64,000 bases of DNA from Eledone cirrhosa (lineage: Eukaryota): assembly GCA_964016885.1 (NCBI GenBank), contig OZ024748.1, positions 2,418,001 through 2,482,000 on the forward strand. The letters run 5' to 3'. Below the pieces are notes generated by a model, which had not been told where the DNA came from, did not search any database, and was given only the letters and a program-made list of their open reading frames with translations. Both the position numbers and the translations under genes were made by a program. This document shows positions 23,146 through 36,052 of this stretch, in pieces; position 1 is the first letter of the stretch; each line of letters opens with the position of its first letter.

Positions 23146-25289
23146 GTCATTTAGACCATGGCCATACTGAGGTGCTGCTTAGATTTAGTCAAAACTCACA
23201 TTTGGTTTCAGCCATTTAGACCACAGCCATACTGAGGTGCTGCCTTGATTTAGTCAATCATATTGACCCAAATATTTATTTTTTCACACTTAGCACTTAA
23301 CCCGGCCATATCTGGCCAAAATTCTCTTACCTCTTTCTATTCATACTGGCCATAACCAGCTGCTCATACTTATGTTAAGGTATTGTTCTGAAAATAAATA
23401 ATATTAAAATCTCATAGATTCGATACTATGTGAGAAAGCCTTTACCGTGAAAATACAATAGTAAAGATATAGAGTAATGTAAATGATAAAGGGTTAACCC
23501 TTTAGCATTTACATTATTCTACGATTATATTCTCATGGCAAAGGTTTTATCTCACAGAATTATCTCACATAACATGGAATCTATGAGATTTTGATATGTT
23601 ATTTATTTTGAGAACAATACCTTAATGTCAGTGTGTGTGGCCGGTTATAGCCAGTTTGAACAGAAAGAAGTGAGAGAATTCTGGCCGGATATGGCTGGTT
23701 TAAATGCTAAAGGGTTAAGCCATCCATCTTCTTTTTTGTTGAACCACAAACATAAGTTACTTTGATTGTTTTGAGAAAGTAGGTGTTATTATGTTTCAGA
23801 AGAAAAGCAATCAGTTGTAAATGCAGTTATTCCAACAATGTATAAATATTATAATGAATTTATTATAATGAACCTACGTAATTAATGTGATGCGTATGAT
23901 GAAATTAATTAACCAAAACTATATACCGTATCAAAAAGAAATAAAGAGGAGTCTCTTTTTATTTATTTATTATTTATATATATATATCTATTACATATAT
24001 ATATACACACATACACACATTATATATATATATACGTACATATATTACATATATATAAATATATACACACACATATATACGTACATATATTATATATATA
24101 TCATCATCATCATCACTGTTTTATGTCGATTCTTCCACGCTAGCATGGGTTAGACAGGTTGTCCTGTTGTGAGCAATGTTAGGTCGGCTGAACTTGTCTT
24201 GCTCATACGGGAACTGATTTTGGCTTGATTTCTACAGCTGGATGCCCTTCCTAACTCCAACTTCATTTACAGTGAGTGCTGGGTGCTTTTTTAACAAAAA
24301 GTATCCAGTCCACCTTGTAAGGTGGTAGTGTTTGTATGAAGACAAAAAGCACCTTGTCCACCCTGTAAGGTGGTAATGCTGTTGCCAAGACAAAAATGTA
24401 CCCAGTCCACCCTGTAAGGGGTTAGTGTTGGTGCCATGACAAAAAGTACCCAGTCCACCTTGTAAGGGGGTAGTGTTGGTACCAAGACAAACATAACTGA
24501 CACTAAAAGAAAACCCTTCCCCCTATTGAATAAATATATTTAAAACTGCACTTTATTATTTATAATGTATTTTTTTTTTAGATTTTTTTTTTTAGTTTTT
24601 TGTTATTTTACAATTGTTTTTAATTCTCATAATTGAATAAAGAAATATTTTTATATCGGTAGTTTGACCTGTTTTAAAGGTGAACAGAGGTGAAAAATAA
24701 ATAAAAACCATCTGAAGGTGTAAGGAGAGAGTATGTAATGAGGTTTATTTGTTTCTTAAATCTACTACGTGCTGTACTGCTTCTTTTCATAACAAAACAA
24801 CAGACTAACAGACTGAACTGTACAAAGTTTCATGTCAGAAACTACATCTATGATTTTACATTGGTTTGTATAATATCTCTCTTTCTCACACACTCTCACC
24901 CAGTCACTCCCTCTCTTCTCTCTTTCTCACCCAATCACTCTCTCTCTCACCAAGTCTCTCTCCCAGTCACTGTCTTCTCTCTCTCTTTCTCACTCACGCG
25001 CTCCCGCCCCACGACCGTAAAATGGACCTCCATCAGTTTCAACGATGTCTCTCTCTCTGTCACTCCCATTCAGTCTCGACCCCCCCCCCCGCTCTCTCTC
25101 TTCTCTCTCATTCACTCACACTCTTTCTCTCCCCCCCCTCCGTGAAATGGGCCTCCATCAGTTTCAACGATGTGTTTTCAGTTACTCGATCAATGGAACA
25201 AACAACCTGCTCATGGCCGAGCATTCCACATACACGTGTACCCTAAGAGATTCAGCATGACAGTGTGTGTGTGACATGACTTGCCCTCA

Positions 25290-26861
25290 AGGCAACATTC
25301 CAGCAACCTCCAGGCAACATTACAGCTACCTCTAGGCAACATTCCAGCTACCTCTAGGCAACATTCCAGCCACCTCCAGGCAACATTCCAGCTACCTCTA
25401 GGCAACATTCCAGCTACCTCTAGGCAACATTCCAGCTACCTCTAGGCAACATTCCAGCAACCTCCAGGCAACATTCCAGCAACCTCCAGGCAACATTCCA
25501 GCAACCTCCAGGCAACATTCCAGCAACCTCCAGGCAACATTCCAGCTACCTCTAGGCAACATTCCAGCTACCTCCAGGCAACATTCCAGCAACCTCCAGG
25601 CAACATTCCAGCAACCTCCAGGCAACATTCCAGCAACCTCTAGGCAACATTCCAGCTACCTCCAGGCAACATTCCAGCTACCTCTAGGCAATATTCCAGC
25701 TACCTCCAGGCAACATTCCAGCAACCTCTAGGCAACATTCCAGCAACCTCCAGGCAACATTCCAGCTACTTCCATGCAACATTCCAGCTACCTCCAGGCA
25801 ACATTCCAGCTACCTCTAGGCAACATTCCAGCTACCTCCAGGCAACATTCCAGCTACCTCCAGGCAACATTCCAGCTACCTCCAGGCAACATTCCAGCTA
25901 CCTCCAGGCAACATTCCAGCTACCTCTAGGCAACATTCCATCTACCTCCAGGCAACATTCCAGCAACCTCTAGGCAACATTCCAGCAACCTCTAGGCAAC
26001 ATTCCAGCTACCTCTAGGCAATATTCCAGCTACCTCCAGGCAACATTCCAGCAACCTCTAGGCAACATTCCAGCTACCTCCAGGCAACATTCCAGCTACT
26101 TCCATGCAACATTCCAGCTACCTCCAGGCAACATTCCAGCTACCTCCAGGCAACATTCCAGCTACCTCCAGGCAACATTCCAGCAACCCCCAGGCAACAT
26201 TCCAGCTACCTCCAGGCAACATTCCAGCTACCTCCAGGCAACATTCCAGCTACCTCTAGGCAACATTCCAGCTACCTCCAGGCAACATTCCAGCAACCTC
26301 TAGGCAACATTCCAGCAACCTCTAGGCAACATTCCAGCTACCTCCAGGTAACATTCCAGCTACCTCTAGGCAACATTCCAGCTACCTCCAGGTAACATTC
26401 CAGCTACCTCTAGGCAATATTCCAGCTACCTCCAGGCAACATTCCAGCAACCTCCAGGCAACATTCCAGCTACCTCTAGGCAACATTCCAGCTACCTCCA
26501 GGCAACATTCCAGCTACCTCCAGGCAACATTCCAGCTACCTCCAGGCAACATTCCAGCAACCTCCAGGCAACATTCCAGCTACCTCCAGGCAACATTCCA
26601 GCAACCTCCAGGCAACATTCCAGCTACCTCTAGGCAACATTCCAGCTACCTCCAGGCAACATTCCAGCTACCTCTAGGCAACATTCCAGCTACCTCCAGG
26701 CAACATTCCAGCTACCTCCAGGCAACATTCCAGCTACCTCCAGGCAACATTCCAGCAACCTCCAGGCAACATTCCAGCTACCTCCAGGCAACATTCCAGC
26801 AACCTCCAGGCAACATTCCAGCTACCTCTAGGCAACATTCCAGCTACCTCTAGGCAACATT
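25290..26861. repeat. Minisatellite, 22-bp unit CAGGCAACATTCCAGCTACCTC, ~70 copies
   Basis: Tandem array whose variants are mainly T/A (GCT/GCA) and C/T (CCAGG/CTAGG). Confidence 0.97.
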
Positions 26862-27707
26862 GTATATCTGAATTGAATATCAGCTGAAGTCAAATTTACA
26901 ACCACACAACTCATGGGATGGGGGGGGGGTCGCTGATGAGGGGGAGGGGAAAGGTAGGGATGCTGGTTTTCATTGTTGATGTTTTTGTTCCTAGAGACTC
27001 ACGTGTCATGTTTTCGACATGAAAAAATTAATAATTACAAAGATACATAGTTAACAAGAATAGATTTTAATGAATGGAGGTGAATCTCAGACTATTCCTG
27101 CAGCAGCAGAAAATAAATAATAATAATAATAATAATAATAATGATTTCTAGTATAGGCACAAGGCCAGTAATTGGGGGGGGGGGGGGGAGTCGATTAAAA
27201 CGACCCAGTATGTTACTGGTACTTTATTTTATCAACCCTGTAAGGAAGAAAGGCTAAGCTAACCTTGGCGGGATTTGAACTCAGAACGTAAAGGGCCATA
27301 ACACTATGCTGCAAAGCATGGCGTCAGACCCTCTGCTGACCGCCCTTAACTAATGATGGTTTCTGATTTAGGCACAAGGCCAGCAATTACACCAGTACAT
27401 TACTGGTACTTTACTTTATCGACCCTGTAAGGATGAAATGCAAAGTTAACCTTGGCAGGATTTGAACTCAGACCGTAAAGGGCCGTAACACTATGCTGCA
27501 AAGCATGGCGTCCGACTCTCTGCTGACCGCCCTTAACTAATAGTGGTTTCTGATTTAGGCACAAGGCCAGCAATTTTGATGATTTCTCCCGAATGAAACA
27601 GTTCTAGTCCTCTAGAAGCCTTTCTATATTAAATATATATATAAATATATAGGAAAATAGTCAGAACCCCGACAGCAGAGCTCAAGCTGTTTCGACAGCT
27701 ATTTCTG

Positions 27708-27765
<58 letters not shown>

Positions 27766-28216
27766 CTAGCAGCAGTACCCAGCGTTGCCTGGGTCGGTAA
27801 AATAATATCTGCTTTGATGAAAAGGTGTTGATCTTAGCGACTGCTTCTCGATGACTCATTTATGGCCACACACAGGCCATGCGGGGGAGGGTGTTGATGA
27901 CCTCTATCACTGAGAAACGCGGGTAACTGACAAAGGGGCATGCTGGGGGAGAGAGTTTCGAATTTGAACGAAATCGGTTGGAAAATGTGGGAGCTAGAGC
28001 CAAAAATCTTATTTTTCGATACCTAAAAAAAGGTGACCCCCCCCCCCCCCCCCTTATCGATTTTTATCTGCAGAATGACCCCGGAATAAAAATAAAAAAA
28101 AAACGATACGCTGATATATAGAAAACACTCCCCGATGACTAATCTATGAGCCTGTAAAGTTTCATGAAAATCGGTCGTAAGATGTAGGCCCCTATAGATA
28201 ATACACAGACACATAC

Positions 28217-28250
<34 letters not shown>
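27766..28250 (-). mobile_element. Non-autonomous Helitron
   Basis: On the minus strand it starts in TATATATAAAATTAAG and ends with the subterminal hairpin ACCCAGGCAACGCTGGGT followed by ACTGCTG-CTAG|T, the canonical Helitron 3' end. No TIR or TSD. Confidence 0.7.
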
Positions 28251-28285
<35 letters not shown>

Positions 28286-29448
28286 CATATATATGTATAC
28301 AGACACACACATACACAGTACTAGAAAGAAAAAGGGGGTGGATAATATAAGAAGAAAAATATGTCATGTTGAACTTAACTCATGGACCTACAACACTACC
28401 ATTACGGACCCTAATCAACCGCAAACCCAACTTGGGAACTGCTGGTTTCGTCAATAATATGGACCCTAGTGCTAATTTTATTCATTTCTATTTGTTCATT
28501 TTGGAAGATAACAAACACAAGGTGTGTGTGTGTTGGTCTCAGCACATACACATATAACATATAATACATATAGAAAACGAGCAAAGTTTCCGACTATAAA
28601 ATTAGATTCACATGCTGCCGCCCAGTTTATCACCACCACCTGGCGTTTCGGTGGATTTAACAGGGTTCACTCTGTTGCAACGCATTTGGACCACGTCTCC
28701 AGATTGAAGATAACTAAGGGGCTTTCTTTCCCTCCCAACAGACACGCAGGCGCTGGAAACGGTCTTGGGGGAGGGGGTCCCTTCCCTCACAACAGCCTCG
28801 GAGGTAGTGGAAAAGATTTTAGGGGCTTCTCTTCCCCCACAACAGCCCTCGAAAGTCATGGAAACAGTCTTGGAGGTTTCCCTTCCCTCACAACAGCCTC
28901 GGGGGTAGTGCAAAGGATTCTAGGGGTTTCTCTTCCCAACAACAGCCCTCGGAAGCTATGAAGTACTCCCGGGTCTCAGATAATTGTCCCACCCACTCTC
29001 TTATTCCAACTACTCCGCAAATTAAATTTTGGTAATCTATCTCCGGCGAAATTTTATTTTAAGTCCTAGCATTCCTGCGACAATTAATTTTATTTATACA
29101 TTAAAAAAAAACAAAAAAAAAACATTATACATGACAAAAAAAAATGTACATTACTAGAAATCCCATATGTTATAAAATGAATAAGATGGGTTATGGGTGT
29201 CATTATGTAAACTAAACCTAGAAAAATTACCGATTTTCCTAACCCCCTGCTTATTCGAACACCCCTTGTTAATTGCGATCTGAGAGCACGCCTCAATATT
29301 TAACGCACACACTATATACAAAGTTAGTTTACAATTGAATTAAAATTACCAATATAATAGCATATATAAATATATATAACAACAGTTTATGCATACATAT
29401 AGAGAAACAAGTAGTATTTTTGTTGGTTTTGTTTTACAAAGTACTTAC

Positions 29449-29457
29449 TTCAGACAT
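29449..29457 (-). other. Candidate first coding mini-exon (ATG TCT GAA | GTAAGT) of an unidentified leftward gene
   Basis: A consensus-matching GTAAGT donor follows ATCATGTCTGAA at the edge of a non-repetitive, CpG-retaining island (29450-30115). No downstream exon was identified in the window. Confidence 0.3.
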
Positions 29458-30477
29458 GATCGAATAATGCAAGGTAGAGTGAACCAAGAGTTGATCCCAG
29501 TGGGCTGCTTTAAGAGGGTGTATGTGCTAAGTGTTGATGTTAGCTGCTGTTTATAAAAAAAATGTTCATTCAAATCACATTTATATTCGCGTGTGCATAT
29601 GTGTGTATATTTATGTATGTATGTATATATAAATAAATTTATATAGGTATTTATATATATAACAACAATAACAGCAGCAGTAAACTTGCTTCTGTCGCCC
29701 CTTCCCGGCCTACTTGTCAACTCGTCAACCTTTCGTTATATTACTGATAGCTTCGTGAATATTAAATAGCAGTTGAATCAGTCAGTTGTGTTTCTCACGT
29801 AAAAATTATTAAAAAAACGCCCAACACTAATATTTACAAATATACCTTCGTCACAAGCCTTTATAGTGTTTTGACGTGCTTCATTTACCCAAGTTTTGTT
29901 TGTTTGTTGTTATGGCGATTGATAGGCCACGTCAGTGAAGCGATTCCCTGTGTGAATGGATGCAAGTTCATTGCTTTCATTTTCATATAGTATAGATAAC
30001 TTTACTGCCTGTCGGTCAATATGAATAATTTCTATTTTTATCATAGGGTGGTACCCTGTTGAGTGTCTCTTGTCGGAGGTAATAAATTGTGCGTTTACTT
30101 TTTTTGTCACCGACATCATCATCACCATCGTCATCGTTTAACGCTCCCTTTTTTCCATTCTAGCATGGGTTAGATGGGTCGTCCCGTTGTGAGACAAGCC
30201 AAGTCAGATGACCGTGTCCTTGCTCATACAGAACTGATTTGGGATTGGGCTAGGAGCTTTTTGTCGTGGCGCTCACACGACCATTTTACCGTGTGGGCTG
30301 GGGGGGGGGGTGCATGGGGATTGGAGGGGTTGATCTAGGGTGGGGCACTTATCTGGTGATGGGTGTGGGGTGTAGAGACGTGGATGGAGTGTGAAGACAT
30401 GGTAGGTGTATGGAAGGGTGAGGGGGAAGGTAGGAGAGAGCGATGCATACTGGATGTATGTATCAACCCATGTACAT

Positions 30478-30534
<57 letters not shown>

Positions 30535-30570
30535 AATATAGAAAGGTAACACACAAGTTGATATATATGG

Positions 30571-31026
30571 AAACAAATAGTAGAAAGGAAAAAGATATTT
30601 TCAGTGAAATATCAAAACACTAACTTATTTACAATACCAGATTCAGTATTAAATGCATTGTCAATTGCAGATATGCAGAATATTGTTAAGTTGCATATTT
30701 GTACAAATAGTGGTAATAATAATAATAATAAAAATACAACCTAGCTATTAGCAGAGAAGGATGGACAGAGAAATTAACTTTCTTCTCTGAATGAACATGT
30801 ATGTGAAAATTAATTTTTCTTCCCCTTTCTATTTTTTTAAATTATTATTATTATTATTATTATTTGTACAAATATGCAACTTAACAATATTCTGCATATC
30901 TGCAATTGACAATGCATTTAATGCTGAATCTGGTATTGTAAATAAATTAATGTTTTGATATCTCACTGAAAAAATCTCTTCAACATTTTCTACTGAAAAA
31001 ATCTTTTTCCTTTCTACTATTTGTTT
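30571..31026. repeat. Foldback element, ~160-bp inverted arms
   Basis: ATTTACAATACCAGATTCAGTATTAAATGCATTGTCAATTGCAGATATGCAGAATATTGTTAAGTTGCATATTTGTACAAATA is mirrored at 30861-30945, and the outer ends also mirror. Confidence 0.9.
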
Positions 31027-31039
31027 ATATATATATAGT

Positions 31040-31592
31040 ATCTAGAATAAGGACGGGTTGGAAGAAGTTTAGGGAGCTGCTTCCTCTGCTGACGAAGAAG
31101 GGTTTCTCCCTGCGTACGAAAGGCCGGTTATATGATGGCTGTGTGAGGAGCGAGATGCTGCATGGTAGCGAGACATGGGCAGCAACTGCAGAGGATATGC
31201 GATGGCTGGAGAGAAATAAGGCAAACATGCTCCGTTGGATGTGCAGTGTCAATGTGCATCAACGACCGAGCAAGGATGTGTTGAGAGAGAAACTGTGTCT
31301 GAGAGGGATAGAGTGTAGTGTGCGAGAGAGGAGACTGCGATGGTATGGACATATGATGCGCATGGAGGATGACCGATGGGTGAAGAAGTGCCAAGAAATC
31401 CCAGTAGAAGGAAGAGCCAGACCACGAAAAACATGGGCGGAGGTGGTCAGAGCAGACCTCAGATCGCTGAAGCTCATGGTGGAGATGACGAAGGACCGTG
31501 ACAAGTGGAGAGATGCTGTACTGAATAGGACCCGTCCCACCCTTGCAAGCAGGGAAAAAAAACAGATGTAAAATGATGATGATGATGATGAT
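31040..31592 (+). mobile_element. RTE-clade LINE 3' fragment with (GAT)n tail
   Basis: Translation includes RIRTGWKKFRELLPLL, CVRSEMLHGSETW, MLRWMC, RERRLRWYGHMMRM and RPRKTWAEVV, ending in (ATG)n. Related fragments lie at 6180-6470 (+) and 56950-57295 (-). Confidence 0.85.
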
Positions 31593-31652
31593 ATATATAT
31601 ATATATATATCATCATCATCATCATCGTTTAACGTCCATGTTCCACGCTTGC

Positions 31653-31684
<32 letters not shown>

Positions 31685-32083
31685 TGTTGAAGTTTGGGAG
31701 GGTCATGTTGACAATAAAAACACACGCACTTGTTGATTTTCACTTCAATTTATTATAAATTTCTGGTTGATTGGTTGGTTTGATAACAGGAAGGTTGTTT
31801 ATATATTGTCAAAGCTCTTTTGTCACACATTGTGACCTCTTCAGTGACTAGGTTTTTATTTTGTGTGTCCCTCCATTGTTCTGTCCTACACCATATATAT
31901 ATATGAACTCAGAACATAAAGAGCTGAAACTCTATACCACAAAACATGTTGTCCAACACTTTATCGATACTACCAATCCACCGCCATGCAGAAGTTTAAT
32001 AATAACAATGCTACTTATATTATCAAATCCTTTGGAATTCTTGGTTATTTTCAAAACTATTTAAAAACCATAAGCAGTATTTC

Positions 32084-32409
32084 CAGTGGCATGCAGAGCT
32101 CTGGTGATGCCCAGGGCAAATCTTGATTGTATGACTCAAGTATAAGGCCTAATGCCCCAAAGACTCAAGTATAAGGCCTAATGCCCCAAAGACTCAAGTA
32201 TAAGGCCTAATGCCCCAAAGACTCAAGTGTAAGGCCTAATATACTAAGAAATATTAGGAGAAAGGAAAATATTTTGAATATATAAACACAGATGAAACAT
32301 GAAATAAATGCTTTATTTGATTTTAATATAAATCAATCAAATTTATTAAGTTATTTTCCCCAAATGATGCCACCATCTGAAGGATGCCCAGGGCCAACAC
32401 ATGCTACTG
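32084..32409. mobile_element. Non-autonomous hAT element with 8-bp TSD
   Basis: Termini CAGTGGCATG / CATGCTACTG, with the exact 8-bp TSD AGTATTTC at 32076-32083 and 32410-32417. It contains a 29-bp tandem repeat (x3.5) at ~32133-32240. Confidence 0.85.
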
Positions 32410-32660
32410 AGTATTTCTCATGAGATATATGATTACAAAAGGGTTAAGCAAAAGGTTTTTTACATAAAATAATGTTAGAAATAGCAACAGTTATAACCAG
32501 ACTGGTGTCAAGTTACATAGTGATGCTGATAAACAAGAAGAAAACTTTGTTGCTTGTGATACCTAATGCCAGGATTTATGGTGGATATTGATCTAAAAAT
32601 GAGTCTAAAGAAACCTGTCAAGGTCACCTTGATAATAGGGAAATTCAATATATATATATA

Positions 32661-33030
32661 ATGATGGTGGTGGTGGTTGTGGTAGTGTTGGCGGTTCTGG
32701 TAGTGGTTGTGATGGTGGTTGTGGTGGTGATTATGGTGGTGGTGGTGGTGGTTGTGATGGTCGTGGTAGTGGTTCTGGTAGTGGTGGTGGTTGTGGTAGT
32801 GTTGGCGGTTCTGGTAGTGGTAGTGGTGGTGGTGGTGGTGGTGGTTGTGATGGTCGTGGTAATGGTGGTGGTGGTGGTGGTGGTTGTGGTAGTAGTGGTG
32901 GTTCTGGTGGTGGTGGTGGTGGTTCTGGTGGTAGTGGTGGTGGTGATGATGGTGGTAGTGATAGTGATTCTGGTAGTGGTTGTGGTAGTGGTTGTCGTCG
33001 TTATGGTGATGGTGGTGGTGGTGGTGGTGA
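32661..33030. repeat. (GTG/GGT)n low-complexity microsatellite; similar tracts at 7015-7240, 9130-9300 and 17225-17645
   Basis: Degenerate trinucleotide runs that give the poly-Val/poly-Thr/poly-His ORFs. Confidence 0.9.
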
Positions 33031-33323
33031 TTCTGGAATATTTACCTACATATCTTACCAAAGCATCATTCAGAATAAAACCACCTCTAAAATGCTAGTA
33101 CTTAAATGTATTGACTTTAAAACAGCAAAAGAAAGCAAAAGAAAGACTTAAACCAGAGCAGTTAGACATTTCTAATGTACTTCACAATCTATTATAGAAA
33201 TGTATAAAAGACAATACTATGCCAATAGTGGTAAAACTCCAAATACAAGAAGAGGAATGATAGAGGAATGAGGTTGGTAATACAGAACTTAACTGTCTAT
33301 AAGGTAGCACTAAATATATAATA

Positions 33324-34047
33324 ATAGTTTCTACTTTTGGCACAAGGCCATCAATTACCCCAGTGCATTACTGGTACTTTATTTTATCAACCCCGTAAGG
33401 ATGAAAGGCTAAGTTAACCTCAGCAGGATTTGAACTCAAACTGTAAAGGGCCATAACTCTATGCTGCAAAGCATCATGTCCGACCCTCTACTGATACTGC
33501 CAATCCACCACCCTAAATATATAATGATGTTTTCTGATTTAAGCACAAGGCGAGCAATTTTGAGAGATGGGAATATCGATTAAATTGACCCCAGTGCATT
33601 ACTGGTACTTTATTTTATCAACCCCTGCAAGGATGAAAAGTGTGTAATAATAATAATGATTTCTACTATAGGCACAATGCCAGCAATTTGGGAGAGGGGA
33701 AAGTCGATTAAATCGACCCTAGTGTATTACTGGTACTTTATTTTACCGACTCCGTAAGGATGAAAGGCAAAGCTAACCTCAGCAAGATTTGAACTCAGAA
33801 AGTAAAGAGTCATAACTCTATGCCGTGAATGGTTTCTGGTTTAAGCACAAGACCAACAATTTTGGGGGCACGGAACATCGATTAAATCAACTCCAGTGCA
33901 TTACAGGTACTTTATTTTATGGACCCCGTAAGGATGAAAGGCAAAGCTAACCTCGGCGGAATTTGAACTCAGAACATAAAGGGCCATAACTCTATGCTAC
34001 GTAGCATGTTGTCCAATGCTCTACCAATACTGTTAATCCCCTACCCT
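33324..34047 (-). mobile_element. Cluster of four same-orientation SINE copies (one partial)
   Basis: The block TACTGGTACTTTATTTTATC..CCCGTAAGGATGAAAGGC is repeated at ~33370, 33600, 33730 and 33905. Confidence 0.8.
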
Positions 34048-34444
34048 ATATTACTAAATAAATAATAATAAGCTTCTCATAAACCCTTTAATGTTCAAAC
34101 CGGCCAAAACTGGCCAGAATTCTCTACCTTTTTCTGTTGAAACTGGCTGTAACTGGTCGCTCAAACTGATGTTAAAGTATTGTTCTCAAAATAAATGCTT
34201 TCAAAATCTCATAGATTCCATATTATGTGAGATAATTATGTGAAGTAAAGCCTTTACCATGAAAATATAATAGTATATATAGAGTAATGTGAATGCTAAA
34301 GGATTAACTAGGAGTATATTACACTGTAGCTCTAACGTTACCAAGGTAACATAACCCATGTGGATGTTGATTCATTGACTTACGATATATATATATATAT
34401 ACACACACACACATATATATATATGGATGATATATATATATATG

Positions 34445-34800
34445 GAGATCCATGGACGAGTTCTCTCCAGCGGTCTCTGTCCCTCATTATCACTGCCATG
34501 TCCTGTGTCTCCAACAGACCAGTGTCTGTCCTTAGGGCATCAACATACATTAACCTTGGTCTTCCTCTTCTAGTGTGTCCATGTAGGGGCTCCCACAGGA
34601 GCACTGAGTGCAATGTCAACTCTGGATGTCGGTGAGCATGTCCAGCTAACCTCAGTCTCCTCTGTGTCACTTTTGAGCTGACTTTTGGGAGGCTCCCATA
34701 CAGCTCTGAGTTTTTCATCCTCAGTGTATACTGATTAATGTTCAAAGCCATCCTCAGCATTCTCGTGTAGCACTCATCCACCATCTGAGTGCGTTTCTTG
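34445..34800 (-). mobile_element. RTE-like LINE 3' fragment (different subfamily)
   Basis: DECYTRMLRMALNI...RRLRLAGHAHRHPEL...LLWEPLHGHTRRGRPRLMYVD...DRDRWR is a typical RTE C-terminal region. Confidence 0.8.
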
Positions 34801-35201
34801 GTCATCATCATCATCGTTTAACGTCTATCCTCCACGCTAGCATGGGTTTAGATGGGAATTGTCCTACTTGAGGCAAGATTGGTCGGGTGACCATGTCTCG
34901 CTCGTATAGGACTGTCTGGCAGGTTTTCTACGGCTGGATGCCCTTCCTAATACCAACCACGTTTACAGTGTGGACTGGGAGGTTTTTACCGTGTTACCTA
35001 CACGGCCACATTACAGTGTCGTGATTTTTGTCGTGACACCTACACAACCTCTTTAATTTGACTGGATGTTGTGGTACCAACATAACTTTACAGAGAAAGG
35101 GTGGTGTTGGTGGGAATAGGAGGATGGAGTAGGGGTAGTGGTTGGGGTATATATTTGGTTAAGAGGTGCCTAATATATATATATGTATATATATACATAT
35201 G

Positions 35202-35341
<140 letters not shown>

Positions 35342-36014
35342 CCAGCATGGACTGGGATATTTATATATGTGTTAGGTTATATAATCGGACACACACCTAT
35401 GGGCGTGACGCTCAAAGAGAGTTGAGCTAAGGTATGGTTGTTATTAGGTGTGACAGCAAAAATGAAGGAAATTCAGAAGATATGCAAATATAAAGAATGA
35501 CTGTTGTCAGAAAGCACAGGGAATGGCTTATGACACAGCATTGTCTGGTCATCCTGTTTAACACTATATATTATACTCTATATCATAATATAAACGTATA
35601 AGGAGCACTATGTGTATGTGTGTATGTATGTATACATATATATATACATACACACATACAGTGACGTAGCTAGAGTGTGTACTGCCCAGGGCAGTCCTTC
35701 AGTTTACCATCCCCAGACTCCCCCACAAAAAATACATATTGCTCAGTGACTCACTCTTAAAGCTATATATATATATATAATATATATATATAAAATACAC
35801 AGTCCAAGCTGTAATGTGGTCGTCTAGGAAACACAGTAAAAAGCTTCCAGTCCACACTGTAAATGTTGTTGGCGTTAGAAAACCTGCCAGACAGTCCTAT
35901 ACGAGCGAGACACGGTCACCCGACCAATCTTGCCTCAAATGGGACAATTCCCATCTAACCCATGCTAGCATGGAAGATAGACATTAAACGATGATGATAA
36001 TGATGATGATGATG

Positions 36015-36052
<38 letters not shown>

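Noticed and set aside
25211-25628. ORFs with repeating WRLLECCLEVAGMLP
   Set aside because: Minisatellite read-through only.
26931-26955. CTGATGAG hammerhead half-site (also TTGATGA at ~27894)
   Set aside because: No compatible stem II plus GAAA and no stem I pairing.
28524-28961. 145-aa Gly/Ser-rich ORF
   Set aside because: Its 3' half is a ~50-bp degenerate tandem repeat (CACAACAGCCTCG x4). There is no recognisable domain or convincing splice sites.
30295-30435. G-quadruplex-forming tract
   Set aside because: Low-complexity G-rich extension of a repeat copy with no evidence of a specific role.
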